Assembly: GCF_964204645.1 (NCBI RefSeq) | Contig: NC_134028.1 | Location: 22,254,345 to 22,318,344 of the forward strand | From: Tubulanus polymorphus | Lineage: Eukaryota > Animalia > Nemertea | Direction of reading: 5' to 3' | DNA length: 64,000 nt | In this document: piece after piece, positions 26,115 through 39,700 of the stretch | Numbering within the stretch: the stretch's first letter is position 1 | Layout: every line of letters begins with the position of its first letter | Notes under the pieces: generated by a model | The model's input: the letters and a program-made list of their open reading frames with translations, nothing else | The model's database searches: none | What the model was told of the DNA's origin: nothing | Program-made: the position numbers and the translations under genes

Positions 26115-28864
26115 GTACTTGCCTAATTAAACGTAGTTGTTTTATGAAAATAAACACAAAACTATCGGGGAATGATTCAAATTATCGTCATTTTTTGTCA
26201 AACTAAGTAACGACCGCGCAGCTGGCCCCGAATAACATATACACATAACATTAGCCGAATTAACCCTGTCCTGAGTGGCAGACATGTCACCGAACTATCA
26301 CGAACTTCGATCTACATTTTCGAGTATATTATATACATAATTTTTTCTCTTACAAAAGAATCGTTCGTAATACATATTCTAATACGCAACTACCTGTCAG
26401 AGCTGGGCCGACGGCAAACAAGTGCAAACATTTCAACGGTGCGGCTTTTGTTTAATAACTTCAGTTTAACAAATGCAAGCCTAGATGGTAACAATTATTT
26501 CGCTGCATACAAACATATCATGTCAAGTAGCTTCGAGTATTCGCTGAATGTAGTATTGTTTTACAAGAGTTGGTGCACATTAACAAACACAGATGGATCT
26601 CGAGAAGGTTATAGACGTTATGTATCAGCCTGCCCGTAGTGTAGTGTACCCGAATGACCTCCCAGCCCGGCCCGCCCCTGTACCCGATCCGCGACACGCC
26701 TCCCGGACCCTGAGGAGTGTCTGCGCCGTATCGAGAACGACTGCAATTCGACCACGTGACTGGTACTTGTATACGTGTATATGTGATGATGTATCGATTT
26801 TGTGGCAATAGTTTTTCAATATCAAATTGTCGGCATTTGCTTTTGATCTACTTCGATAGAAATATGGAATAAAGAAATAACGAAAATCAATACGAAAAAT
26901 CCAATAATACAAACGATGTTGTTTACTTGATATGTTCATTACAGTGCGTTGTTTTAAACTAAACATATTCTAACTACTTGTCTTTATCTTAACTTTTCCA
27001 TTAGCTCGCCCCTCTACCTCTCAGCTCCCTCCATCCAAAATGGCAATAAAAGTACTTTCATAGTTTTCGAAGTACGTACGAAATCCATTTTAAGTTCTAC
27101 ATAAAACACGTGCACTTTTTAGATTTACTATCATCACTTGGTCGACTGGCAGCCATATTTGTTAACCCTAAACGCTTAGTGAACGCAAACGGTAATGCGC
27201 ATGCGTATGCAAATATTGTCTGACAAGATTCAGAATACGATAACAACCTGAGTCACCTCTGAAAAGTGTCTGACGAGAGATTCAACTTTAACTGTATATA
27301 AATTCAAGTCGAATAGAAGTAAGTATTTGCATCTATATACGTGCACGTATAGAAAGGACCGGCAATTTAAATCTGGGAGGTCGAGTGGTATGATAAACAC
27401 ACAACCAAACTTCTATACAGTCGAAGCAGTCTCTGAGAGCCTTTGAAAATGACAGTAGTCGTAGTGCCAAGCGAGGGCGTGTAAATAACGAACAATGAGT
27501 GTTATTTCTACGTTTGATTATCAAAAAGAGCTCTTACCCGCCGTAGAGAGGCGCTCTTCACCGATGGTTGTATATACAGAACAGGATCGGTTCTGATGAA
27601 TCTGCGCGATTGAAAAGTGCTGGAATTACGTCGACGTTGTATTAACCGTAATCAAAGCGTCTTCGCAGTCATTTCGGTCTTCCGTACCGCCGCATATAGT
27701 CGTACGTGTATTCGAGTAATATATCACTACCGGTGCTGAGACTCGGGCCCAGATTACAACACCTGCAGAGGGCCAGGCCCAACACCGGGGAACAAAATGG
27801 TTTTTTGCCAACACTGTACAATCATCCACCGATCAAAGTAGTATTGACCAGTTTTTTACGTGTCCATGGTCTTATCAATTTGATATTTTTTATAGATTTT
27901 ATTTTATTTATTTTTGTCCCACGCCTACCGGGAGCAGGCCGTACACAGCTTCTCCTTTGGGTGCGAATTTAGATGGGTGGAATCTATTTGACGGTGGAGC
28001 TGGCAATTGCAAGCGCCGTAGGTGCGAAGCACCCTTCGTCTCTCCCACCTTTGGAGGAGAACATTAAAGATTTGAAGATTTAAGCATTTTAGATGCATTT
28101 CCAGCCAATGTTAGTGAATGTTTCATATAACAAAGTCCCTAAATTTGTCTTTGACAAAAGATGAACTCGAGATCTTGTGGGGAGGTGCGTTCGCACCCAA
28201 CACACATATTGATGATGAAATAGATATAATCTATACTATACGCATATTATCAAATATGACGTATATGGAAAGGAAATATTGATCCAGGGTCAACAAAGGA
28301 AGAAAAAAGATGATGACACCGAGGACAAGCTGTAACAGTGTCATCGAAGCGATGGCTGTCCGGTCACAGCGTATACAGCCAGCAGCAGAGACGTCGTTTT
28401 CAATTTCCACAAAATGCTCGCTGCGCGGAATTCGCAGATGATGACGACGACGACGACGACGAAGAACGTGAGAACCGAAACGATCGCTTTCAAATGCTTG
28501 CACTCAGTGGCCTGAAAACGGAGAAACAGTTTTGAAATCGATCGGCAAAAGGCAAAACATCGCTGACAGAGAAATACGGCAATTCGACAACATCTTGAAC
28601 TCCGACCGGGGGTAACTATCATCGCGCAGTTAGTGTCGAGTTGCTGGAGCTGGAGACATAATTCCGCGCGGTGTTCGGCGGCATCGCGCCAGTCTCCACT
28701 AGGAATCATCATTATTTCATAATCCAATTTTTGACGAGGGTTATTAGAAACTGCGACTTCGATTTCGAAGTATCGAGTCGCATTGAATAGTTTCTGACGC
28801 GGTGTCGGAGTTCATTTCATTCAAGCGTTAAATTAGTCATATCTCTTCAGTCACGGTCTTACTA

Positions 28865-28984
28865 CGGTTGAACCTCGGGAACAACGAACTTGAGGAGAAA
28901 CCAAAAATTAATTATAACCGATCCAGTTTTTGATAACCGATAAATAGTTATATCCGACGTCGTTATAATAACGAGGTTCCGCTG
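28865..28984. mobile_element. Tc1/pogo-type MITE
   Basis: TIRs cggttgaacctcg / cgaggttccgctg flanked by TA on both sides. Confidence 0.6.
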
Positions 28985-31900
28985 TAGTTAAAACACCGTA
29001 AAAGGTTAATTTCAAAAGGAGATTATTTCATCCATGGCCTGATATTTCATACTACCCAAAATTGTTAACTCAGTGCTTATTCTATAGAGGGGGCATGGTC
29101 TGAGGATTCCGGATTCATGTACATGAGTACATACATATTGAGAATAAATACGTTTATCTATATGATACAGAGGGATGATATAGATACATATGAAATGGTA
29201 ATCAATTTTATTAACTCAATATGCGAATTACTTTATAATTCACAACATTCTCATCATATACGTGTGTTAAGTTCATATTTCTAACAGTACGCTGGACAAT
29301 CCATAAAAGGTAATTGACCTCTCCTCTTGTCATTGAAACGCGAAACGAATGCGTCGTAACAATACGAACGAAGTTTTACAAGAGACAACAACATATTTTG
29401 CCAATTCCCTCCATTTCAATCAAATTAACAAATTGACGACGCGTATAAACAGCGAAAGGTCGTCGCCGCGATCTTCGAGAAAAAAGAAAGAGACAGTTAG
29501 TTAGTTACGCGGCGCCTATCGAAACGAAAGATGATGAATGAAAAATTGACGTTGACGCTGATAACGCAGCGTTGTTTGATCTGGCGATACGCGCCGCGAT
29601 AACGCGGGCCACTATCTATCAGCGTGCGTACACGGTTTACGAAGTCATTTCCTCTGAAGCCCGTCCAAGTTGAAAACGATCACAGGCCGAGCCGTGACGC
29701 TCATTTACTTTGCGAGGCTTCTTCAACATTAACGGTGTCTTAACCCCTCACTAAAAACGAAGCCCGCCAAACGCGGCTCCATTTCCCGTCGCCGGTTGAT
29801 AATCAGCAAATTTATTCATTACATTAGCGGGTCACGGGAATTAGAAAGTGATAAAAAGGCCGTAATTGTCGCTGAAACGACGCACCGTCACCTCGGGATT
29901 CGCGGATATCGGTTCCCAGTTATTTCAAACCGAATAAGCAGTGTGCACAGCGTCGACTTATTAAACGCGAGAAAACCCAATTGACTCCACCGGGGAATGG
30001 CGATATACAAGAGAAATATTTGCATGACCCGCCGCGCCGGGAATGAGATGCCCCGTTTAACGGGTCGGCTAGGGAGCTAGTGACGGTGGCGACTGCTGTG
30101 TTAATCGCCGATTGAATTGATCGAATCCCGGTTAAATTCGGCCCGAAATGACAAATAAACCGTCTGCGCAATTCATTAATAAACCAAAGCGACGAGCGAG
30201 GAAGAAATGATAAATTTTTCTCGAGAACTATTCGCAGAGGTGGACATAATACGCATTCCACGTTTTTATTTCCTTTGTTGACTGGGGGACGACTGATGAC
30301 CAAAATAACTCTTTTGTTTAACTCGCAATTAAGGCTTATATTACTATCATTGTTTTATTAGTTTTCCACCACGTGGAAACGGGCCGTGCATTTGGACACA
30401 ATCAACATCGCTCACCTCGTACACCCTCCATTCTGGTAAACGGGGTCTAGATTATAGTATAATTTTCATTTTTTAATATAGGGAAGTGAAATTCTGAATT
30501 TAGACTGTACGTAAAATAACATACGATATCGTGTATGTAGACGTGTCATATTATGATAGCAGATATAATGATAATAGATTACTGATAAATGTTACAGTTT
30601 TCGGCTCGTCGAAGCCTATGATTTATACATGTCTATGAAAAACCCAATACTTGAAGTAATCACGCACTCTATCCGAAACTTCTGGCGATTTTTAGCTGTT
30701 GTTCGATGATTTTGTGTTTTTTTTGTTGTTTATACACATTACAAGCACCTCGCGGCTTACAGCGAAGAGATTGGAGTCGATGAACTAGTTATTCCGGTGT
30801 AGTTGAGCGTTCGTACGTCGAAATACAAACCGTATCATTGTTAATCGCTTATTTTAGGGGGTTTGAAAAATAAATAAATAATCTAACGCCCTCAGTCAAA
30901 GAGCTTATTCAAATACGAATATTGGAAAACCAATCGAGACTATTACGTGAACGAACAGCAAATCTCGATTCTGATTTCATTACAAACAGCCCACGCCGGT
31001 ACTGTCGCGTCTGCATGCGATATTTTTAAGACGCTCTTCGAGTAGCGAAAATACGTACATTTGTAATTATTTGATTTTGTGCCTAGTCCGGGGTCCCTCG
31101 GTGCGAACAGCGCGATTAGAGTACCACTTGAAACGGGAATTTCAACGCTTTGAAGTTGACATCGCGGTTTATACAACCATTTCGATAGTATGTATATATA
31201 CGTATTTGACACGATTCGAACACGGCCATCGATAAGATAGCCTGGATACAGTTTTATTATTGTAATATATTGTAATGTTTATGTTACGCCGATCATTTCG
31301 TCTGTCCTTTTCACAGGTAGAATTGCACCGAATCACCTCGGACGTTGTATATATCGATCGATTTTATCCGAATCTATTTTCGAATAATCAAACGTTGATA
31401 ATAAATAACTGCGCTTCTAATAAATCTGATTGTAAGAAAACAAACAGTGCCACGGTACACATCACGTGACGAGGTTTATGAAAATTTTCCAGCTAATCAT
31501 TTTCAACATCCGTTTTCCGGAAAATGCTTAATTTTGATAGATTTATTTTGTCAGCGAAGTAATAAATCGTAAAAAGGAAAACATCGAATTTGAACCTCTT
31601 CGCGGACATGGTGTAAAATATACCGCCGACCAGGACGCGGTTCTTTGCACAGCTGTGAGTTGATATTCTGATTCTGTAATTGGAAATCAATCATAGGAAA
31701 AATCACAGGGAAAATCTAAGCAAGAACCGCAGAATCAGTCCTGAGGTTGTCGCCAGATTATCAGGAGCGTTTAGCTTTAGGATTTATCTATCCATCGACC
31801 AGCGTTGCAACATATATGTAGGCTATTTGGTATAATTGGTGCTAAGTCAAACCGTGGTCCCTAGCCGAAATCTAATATTTTCATTACTGCTGGCGATGAC

Positions 31901-32008
31901 CAGGATCCATTAATTCCACACTTCTGGTCTGGGGCCGGTTTATTAAAAGTTGGTTGGAGTTAGCTAGTGGACACATACGATGATACAAATGCAAATTCAA
32001 TTGTCAAT

Positions 32009-32106
32009 GGACCCAGTTCAACAGTTGTGATTTAAGATTTGATTGAAGAATCAACCCATCGAAAATGAACTAATTTTAACTCGGAGTTAACTCTAACTCA
32101 CAACTC
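32009..32106. mobile_element. Truncated copy of the cagttccacagtt MITE family
   Basis: aactcggagttaactctaactcacaact is the near reverse complement of 11649-11676. Confidence 0.6.
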
Positions 32107-32729
32107 ACTTTAGTTTTCCCTTTCAATGACGATTTCAATCGCTCACTATTGCTCAACACATATTCGGCGATACTGGACAAGCTTTCGCGGAAATATCGGG
32201 CATCAACCACCCACAAACCGGATCACCAGTTGTAAGTCGTGTAAGTATTATTTGAAGAGCCGCAATAAGTGTCATCCATCGTTTATAAACTACTCATTGG
32301 CTGTGTATATATTTGTCCACGGCTTGGTTCGAACGCGCGGGAATTCGAGCGCTGTTTTAGAGCGCTGTTAGTTTTGTGGGCAAAAGGTCGTCTGGCCACT
32401 TCATCGGCCCCACACATCGGCACAACTTCTCGTCGATTGCTACAAAATCAAGTCACCTAAATCTGATCGGCTTTCCCGCTGGCGTTTTGTCTCCGGTGGT
32501 TGAACGAAGCGTTTTGAAGAATCTTACATACGTATATACAGTGTTGCATCAAGATACTGTTTCGGCGAGGTTTTTGAGCAGCTATTCGATCGAGGGCTTC
32601 CTTTCATAACATTTACTGTAAATGATCGGTAATAGATATACTTGTACAACGAGTGGTGGTCAGATATATTAGTCATCGGTGTAAGAATGGGGTAAAGAAA
32701 CTTCAGATAGAATTGAGAAAAAAATACTT

Positions 32730-32845
32730 TGTCAGAAGTGGGATTCGAACCCACGCCCACATTCGTGGACCAGAACGCTCATATCCCGATATCAGGCAAG
32801 GTTGAACCTTGAGTCTGGCGCCTTAGACCGCTCGGCCATCCTGAC
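32730..32845 (-). tRNA. trnL-CAA: tRNA-Leu(CAA) with a 32-nt intron (32776-32807)
   Basis: Minus strand GTCAGGATGGCCGAGCGGTCTAAGGCGCCAGACTCAAG[intron]TTCTGGTCCACGAATGTGGGCGTGGGTTCGAATCCCACTTCTGACA. Mature length 84 nt, long variable arm, A and B boxes intact, intron at the canonical 37/38 position, T7 Pol III terminator at 32718-32724. Confidence 0.96.
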
Positions 32846-33898
32846 AACTGATTAAGCCAGTGAACTCATACATAGAAATATCTACATGGTCTGTCAGGCA
32901 TGAGTGGTCAATGTGAATTCTTATTCGTGGTCGAAAAAGTTAAAAAATAAGGATCAATTCTAATCTATTAAACGATCTTCGTATTATCAGTTATGTATTT
33001 CAAGTATACATATATTTTTGATATGCTAATCAAATGGACTGTGGCCCTGTGGTTTATTGCCGAAAAGCGACCGATCTAGACTCAAGGTTGACGAGTCAAG
33101 TGTCTATTTATGTTCCTTGAGCAAACTTTACGAAACCTTTAGTGCGCAGGCCACAATGTTTATCTGCTTCTGCTTTGCTTAGACGCCGATAAACCGCTGG
33201 TTTGCGAGATAAAATTTTACGACTTATTGAATTAGAGCCCATTATCGATTTGTAAATTCATAAATTTGATGACACCGTTTGTACAAACATACAACAGATA
33301 AATGATACAACAAGGCAAGTGTACACGAAACCTTGTCACTTCGATATTAAAATGATTACGTTACGAAATTCCAGATATAAGCAATACATCAAAGGTATTT
33401 GTCGTACGTGTCACCTGCAAGTTATCCGCATTTCGACGTATATAAAAATCGCATTAATTCATAATAATCTAATAAAAAGAAACACTTTAAATAAAGCGAC
33501 TCATAACATAGATAGTATATTTACAAAAACGCACTCGGTGAACCCGGGACATCAGAATTTTACTAAACTGATAAAATGTTCATGAAATTTAACGACTTTT
33601 CGTTCTACGACCGACTTACGCGCGTTTTTTCTTGCTTGCGAAAAATACTCGTACATTCTCGGTAAATAAGTATCTGAATATATGGACACAGTTCGACATT
33701 TTTCCGATTATACTTCTGAAATGATTCCGATATAAACATAAGAATTACGGCAGTAAAGATTGTTAGAAAGATTGTTAGGATACATTTTTAGAATCTATAT
33801 CAGACAGCGTGTTTGTGGGGTGTGTCTTCTTTCCTCCGTCAAACTCGTGTCGTTTTTTCCCTTTCTGAAGGTGCCTTCGGTATCCAAGCATCGGATTT

Positions 33899-34159
33899 CA
33901 GGCCCGCGCCGAGCTTTTTCGAGAGGCAGTTCTTTTTCAAGAAATGGCACCTTTTACCACGACAAGGGCCACTTTCGTATTAAAGAAGGATAGATCTTAG
34001 ACACCAAGTGCCAGGGAAACCAAAATAAATCATTTGAGTACAGTATGGCTACGGATATGATATGGATATTTTTTTACACTGAATTTTGAAGGGCACTTGG
34101 AGGAAAATTTTAGGGGGTTCGTTCGCTACCCCCGAACCACCCCCTTTAGCACAGGCCGG
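33899..34159 (-). mobile_element. MITE family M2 copy (inverted)
   Basis: Reverse complement of the 14553/25910 elements (ttttagggggttcgttcgctacccc; caggcccgcgcc end). Confidence 0.7.
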
Positions 34160-36529
34160 GCTTTCGTTGATATAATTGCTGTTGTATGAGAATAACATAT
34201 TACATCTAGTGATAAATATTGTTATATACACTCTCATAGTTTATTTTTGTAATATCTAATTGTCAGAAATAAAGATGATGCAATGAAATGAAATGACAGT
34301 ATTGTCCATATGAAATAACACGAATTGGAAGTGCAGTGACCTGTACAGCCCCTAGGCTTTCACTGCTTCCTTCATTACTGATATTCACTGTTGTCACTAT
34401 CATGTCGGGTAATTCCTTATAAGTTTACTGAAAAATAAATCATTATAGGATATGCAGTAAACCTTGCCTGACTCAAACATGGTAAACTCGGATAGAAACG
34501 CGAGATCCTGGACCTATACTTTGTCCGAGGCCCCCGCTCGAGTTAGGCGAGGTGTTTACTACACTCGCGTAGATCATTAAAAAACAACAATATTGCACGG
34601 CACGTATTCTACTATCAATCGAATGCGATTATAGCTAATACGCGGTATACTATCAGAAAAACGTGTGATCGAATAGGGATTAGTATAGCAAAATGGGTGT
34701 GATCTAAAATCCCTGAAAAATAGATTCTCTCGCTGCGCGCACGGAAGCCGCGGCATTGCGTGCGGTTTAAAGTAGTAACGACAATATTGACAATAGTGAC
34801 CAACACGAAATATCCGCCGCGTAACTAAATTGTTATTGGTAAGAAAGTAATGAGGATATAGCCATTAATTGATTATATCGCCGTGGCGCGGCTCGGGCTA
34901 AAACGCGGTTCCGGTGTTTGGCCGCGCTGTTCGCGCCGGGAAAGCGGCTTAGGTCAAACAGGAAACCGCCGCTCGTCGCCCGTAATGCTAAATACTGTCG
35001 ATATTTTAAATAGTTTATTGTTTATGGCGGTGAAAAGAAGCGATGTTTCCCAGAGCGCGCGCGCGACTTCACCGGAGCTCTGCGCACATCAATCAGCGCA
35101 TTATCGCCTCGGTCCTATTATGTTATTATCGGGTTTTAATACGACACGGATTCGAGCGGTGATGTTTTCTAATTTCGTTGATGGTTGCATCCCTCGGATT
35201 AAGGATTACGAGAAAATTTTGCTTTTGTACGGATTAGCGACACCATCCTCCATGCGCCTCGTAGGACAATTCTTCGAATGTAACTCTATACGCGATAGAA
35301 AAAAAATCAGCACGACCCCCTTTCGAAAAAAAACGATCGCTTACATTTCCTCGAGGTGTTGTAATTGATAATACAATGTTTATCCCGTATTCAACGACGA
35401 AAGCCCCGAGTGTAAAAAATAGGAACCGACTCTCAGAACGCATCGCGACTTTACCTGACGGAAAAAAGTTTCGAAAGATTCGCCTCGTTTTAATGGCCCG
35501 CAGCCCGTGTTTAATTAACGTATTGAAACGCTACTGGCACCAGGTAAACCAAGCAAAGCGAGTTATATTCAAAAATATAGGATTTCGCCGCCCGAGATCT
35601 TTTAAGAAGATGCCACTGATAGCAGTAATCGCTGAACGCGTTCGTGTATGATGTAATCATGTGAAACTCCACAATTGAAATTCAACTTTAGAAATAAGAA
35701 ATTTGTACTGAGCCTGCGGCGTCTTAACCTGTTCCCAAAACAGCCAACATCAAGTGGAAAACGTCGGTCGAAATCGATAAATGTCGTAAACAAATTTTTG
35801 ATTTCAGTCACATCGAAGAGCGATATGACATTAAAGATCCCAAATCCGGAAAGAAAAGAGTTTGAAAATGTTGCCTTGAGATAATGTTCTATTCGCTGTT
35901 TCGATAGTCAGTCCCCGATTGTCATCTTCAGGAATACCAAACTTTCGACAGCGAGATATTAGTGATAATCAATTGGACATTCTCAAATCTAGGGAATAAA
36001 AGACCCATAACGGTGATCTTTAAAGTGATTTGTTGGTTCGCTATTTTCTCCCATCAGCCAAATGGTAAATCGAGTAAAAGTAGCTATTTTCTGAGAATAT
36101 TGAGTGCCATCTTACATCTTTCAGCTGTTGTGAATATTCTTCTTGTTATAGTCTCAACCTCTGCACTGACACCCCAGAAAAAGATTTTCACACGTAGCAA
36201 CAATACCGACTGGCTGGAATCCTAAATACGTCACCGGATCGCCGTTAACGAGGCGCTATTCGCATACTTTCCGCTGTTAGATGACACACTCTTACCGACC
36301 AGACAAGAACAGCATTTATCTAATGTATTAGTACATTTTACTGTTTCGACAGGAATGGGAAAACATTTTCTCAATTGTGGACCAACTGCGGATAATGACT
36401 GTACAAACTCGTAATATCCGCCCGTTTATTTGATCAACGCCTAATATCCGCGTTCAGCTCACGACATTTTTGTTTCAACGGTTGCCAGCGCTTTTCGTAA
36501 TTAGTTCGTGAAATGAAATAACAATCAAT

Positions 36530-36799
36530 GCTCTGCTGGTGCTGCTGCTGCTGCTGCTACGGCTGCTGCTGGTGGTGCTGGTGCTACTGCCGCTGCTGCT
36601 GGTGGTGCTGCTGATGATGCTGGTGCTTGTGCTGGTGGTGGTGCTGCTGCGACTGCTGGTGCTGGTGTTGGTGCTGCATCTACTACTGCTTGTGCTTGTG
36701 CTGGTGCTGGTGCTGTTGCTGCTGCTGCTGCTGGTGCTGCATCTACTGCTGCTGCTGCTGCTGTTGGTGCCACTGCTGGTGCCACTGCTGGTGCTGCTG
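36530..36799. repeat. Mixed (GCT/GGT)n trinucleotide repeat, possibly an Ala/Pro-rich terminal exon on the - strand
   Basis: About 90 triplets; one minus-strand frame reads AAPAVAPAVAPT...APAEH*. See findings. Confidence 0.8.
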
Positions 36800-39700
36800 A
36801 GGAGAGGAGTTCGGGGAATCTCGCATAATAATTCACTGAATCTCATTGATATTCTATTGACACCTCAAAAGACAGCAAGGTTATACACAGGGAATGTAAT
36901 ACGAACAAAGGTATGGGTCCATAGGGGGCGAGATTTCAGTTGACTCATTTACCCGTACGTTTAGGGGAAGGTTATAATCAATAGGATATTACACCCTTGT
37001 GAGGCGAAAAATACCCGTTTTTCGACAAAATCGTGCCTAATCTAACTTTAAAAGCGTCTTTTTTAGACAAAATTGCACTCTTTTTTATACGCAATGCCTC
37101 ATATACAAGAAATGAACTGATAATGATGATAATGATAATTACGCTAGTAGATCGTCATAAGATTGTTCGACGTTGAACAGAAATATTCATCTATACAGCA
37201 GAAATGATTTGCAGCGAAGATTGATAACTTGAATCGATGAAATGAAAATAATTAGTTAATTGTGGTCGCGCCGAAGCTAGTTAGTGATTAGCTGTCTTCT
37301 ATACGCGGCGGTGTCTATAATTCTATACAGCAGCTTCAGAAAAAAAATATCGACGACATGAGATAACACGGATAGGTTCTTGACGATATCTAATCAGATG
37401 AATCTCTCGGGGAAACTTCTCCATTTCATCGTTAAAGGTATTAGATAATATTCATCTTTGTGCCGCATAAAGCGACAATAACATAATACAATTCGACGCA
37501 CAAGACGGATCTATATAATTCCATTTCCTGCGTCGACAATAGCATTATCAACGATCAAATTAGGCAAATATTTTCAATCTTGCGGCCGCGCAAAGCGAGC
37601 GGATTACGAGGCAAAGCGAAAGACTTCTTTCAACTGTTTTGCTTCGGCTGGACAACCAATGAAATTACGTGAAAACCTAATGCAATAACGAGCATAATAT
37701 TAGCCTGAAAGGGAAAGCGATGGTAAATCGCATTGACTCGGTTCAGCGCTCGTGTAACGAGGTAATTTTCGCGATTGCTAGCTCGTCGCTGGCTCTTTAG
37801 AAGTTCAATTTATTTTCTTGTTGACTGCGTTACATGCGCAGTATTAATGAAATCGTATCGTTACCGGTAATATTGGCACTGAATGAAGCGTAACGCGCTA
37901 CTCAGAATGGGCGGGAGATGCTTGAAATGAAGGCTACGAATCTGATTTCATTTTTTTTTCAAATCATTAAAAATGCCATTCTGAGTATGTTCTTTGTGTT
38001 CTCTAAATTTTTCTCTTCTGTCATGACTTCAGGCGTCAATCATCCAACTCAACACATGGTTTTTCTTAACTTGATTAAATTGTTTTATCGTCGCTACTCA
38101 ACATTTATCACAAATCATAACATTGTACAATCATAAATGTAATAATTACGAGTAAATAAGGGGGTTCGAATCCTGATATCCAGAGCATCTGGGGTCAGTT
38201 TCATTTAAGCTTAAATCAGTAAAGTTTGAATTGTTGTTTCATTGAAAAAATGAAGAAACCAAATGCAATTACACCAAAGATTTTAAACTTTTTCGTTGAG
38301 CTATGCCCTGTACGATATCCTGTGATGATACGGTTCTTTTTACAGCGTGTCTCCGCAAAGGGTGGTCAGTTAGAAAATGAATTACGTACCGCGTATTCAC
38401 GATAACAATCCTAATAAATTGTATATACTTTTCCCCATGAAACCTTCGGGTGTTTACTCGTTATGATTTTGTAGAACAATTTAGGGGATAATTCTAAATC
38501 CCATTTTCAGAGAAACAATAAATATATTTATCATATTATTTATTCAATACATCCATTGTTTTATTCATTATGTTGTTCCTCTGAAGATGGAATTTAGTAT
38601 AATTTTCGATTGTGGTTCATTCAGGTTTTTTTTTCGTACGAGTTTTTACTTTTCACAACACAGTATCTTAATTAAATTTCGCCAAAGTGTTTACACTGTG
38701 TATGATAATTAAAAATAAAGTGAACAAAATTATCGATACTTATCATTAATACATAAATTCAATTTATAGAACAAGAAGCATGCATCGCCTCGTGTCTGAC
38801 ACGTTCCTAACTTTAGAGACTCGCGCCTAATGACGCAAAACAAGAACCAGCGTCGAATGCGCTTCCGAAACTACCAGGCGTCGTCGAAAACGTGGGAAAA
38901 TCGCAAGAAAATTGCCGGTGGAATAATATTTGAGATATTTCCACTACCAGATCGATGATAATCTTCTCGCGAGTCGGCGCGCAAAATGCTGTAAAACGGC
39001 ATCGGTTGAGTGGATTGTTTGCGGCTGGTTTCCATTGTCAAACACAATACGACGCCGGATAACGATTAGCCGCATCGGCGCTCGGTGTTCTCTCTCTCTA
39101 CGCGGAGGTGATCCGAGACGGCGCGGTAGCCTGAAGCGGCTAATTGACCATCGCCGGAGACGAAGAATGTCCTCGATCGACGATTCATCCGTGAATTAAC
39201 AAGCAATAACCGGCTCCACAGTTTCAAAACGAATAATACGCGCGACACCGATTTCTAAATGATTATTTAGCGATTGGCGCGCGCGGCGCGTCGAATAGTT
39301 TGCGATCAGTAATTGTACCGATACTCATCGGAAACGGCAAATTCTAAAGCTCACAGCGCCGCAAATTGCCTAAATAATCCCTCACCAGCCGATAATCGAT
39401 AGATTAACACACGATAACATTATATCGAGCAGTATAAATACAGGGTAATCTTTTACTGGTGGTAATCGCAGCGGTGCGGTCCCGAATTTGACGCAATTAT
39501 TTGAAATTAACGATAGAGAGATCTATCTACCCGCTTTCGGAATTACGGATGTATTTAAAGTCAATTTCGTGTCGTTGCTTCGTCTGTCACAGTCAGATGT
39601 AGATGGCAGCACTTGCTGTTGGCAGTCACATTACGTTATTCGCTGTCCGTACCTTGTATTCGCGAAGGACAACTTTTTGCTGAATTCACGCATCAAATGA

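Noticed and set aside
28231-28727. ORFs around a (GAC)n tract (poly-Asp/Thr/Arg)
   Set aside because: Short, interrupted frames; no domain; explained by the triplet repeat.
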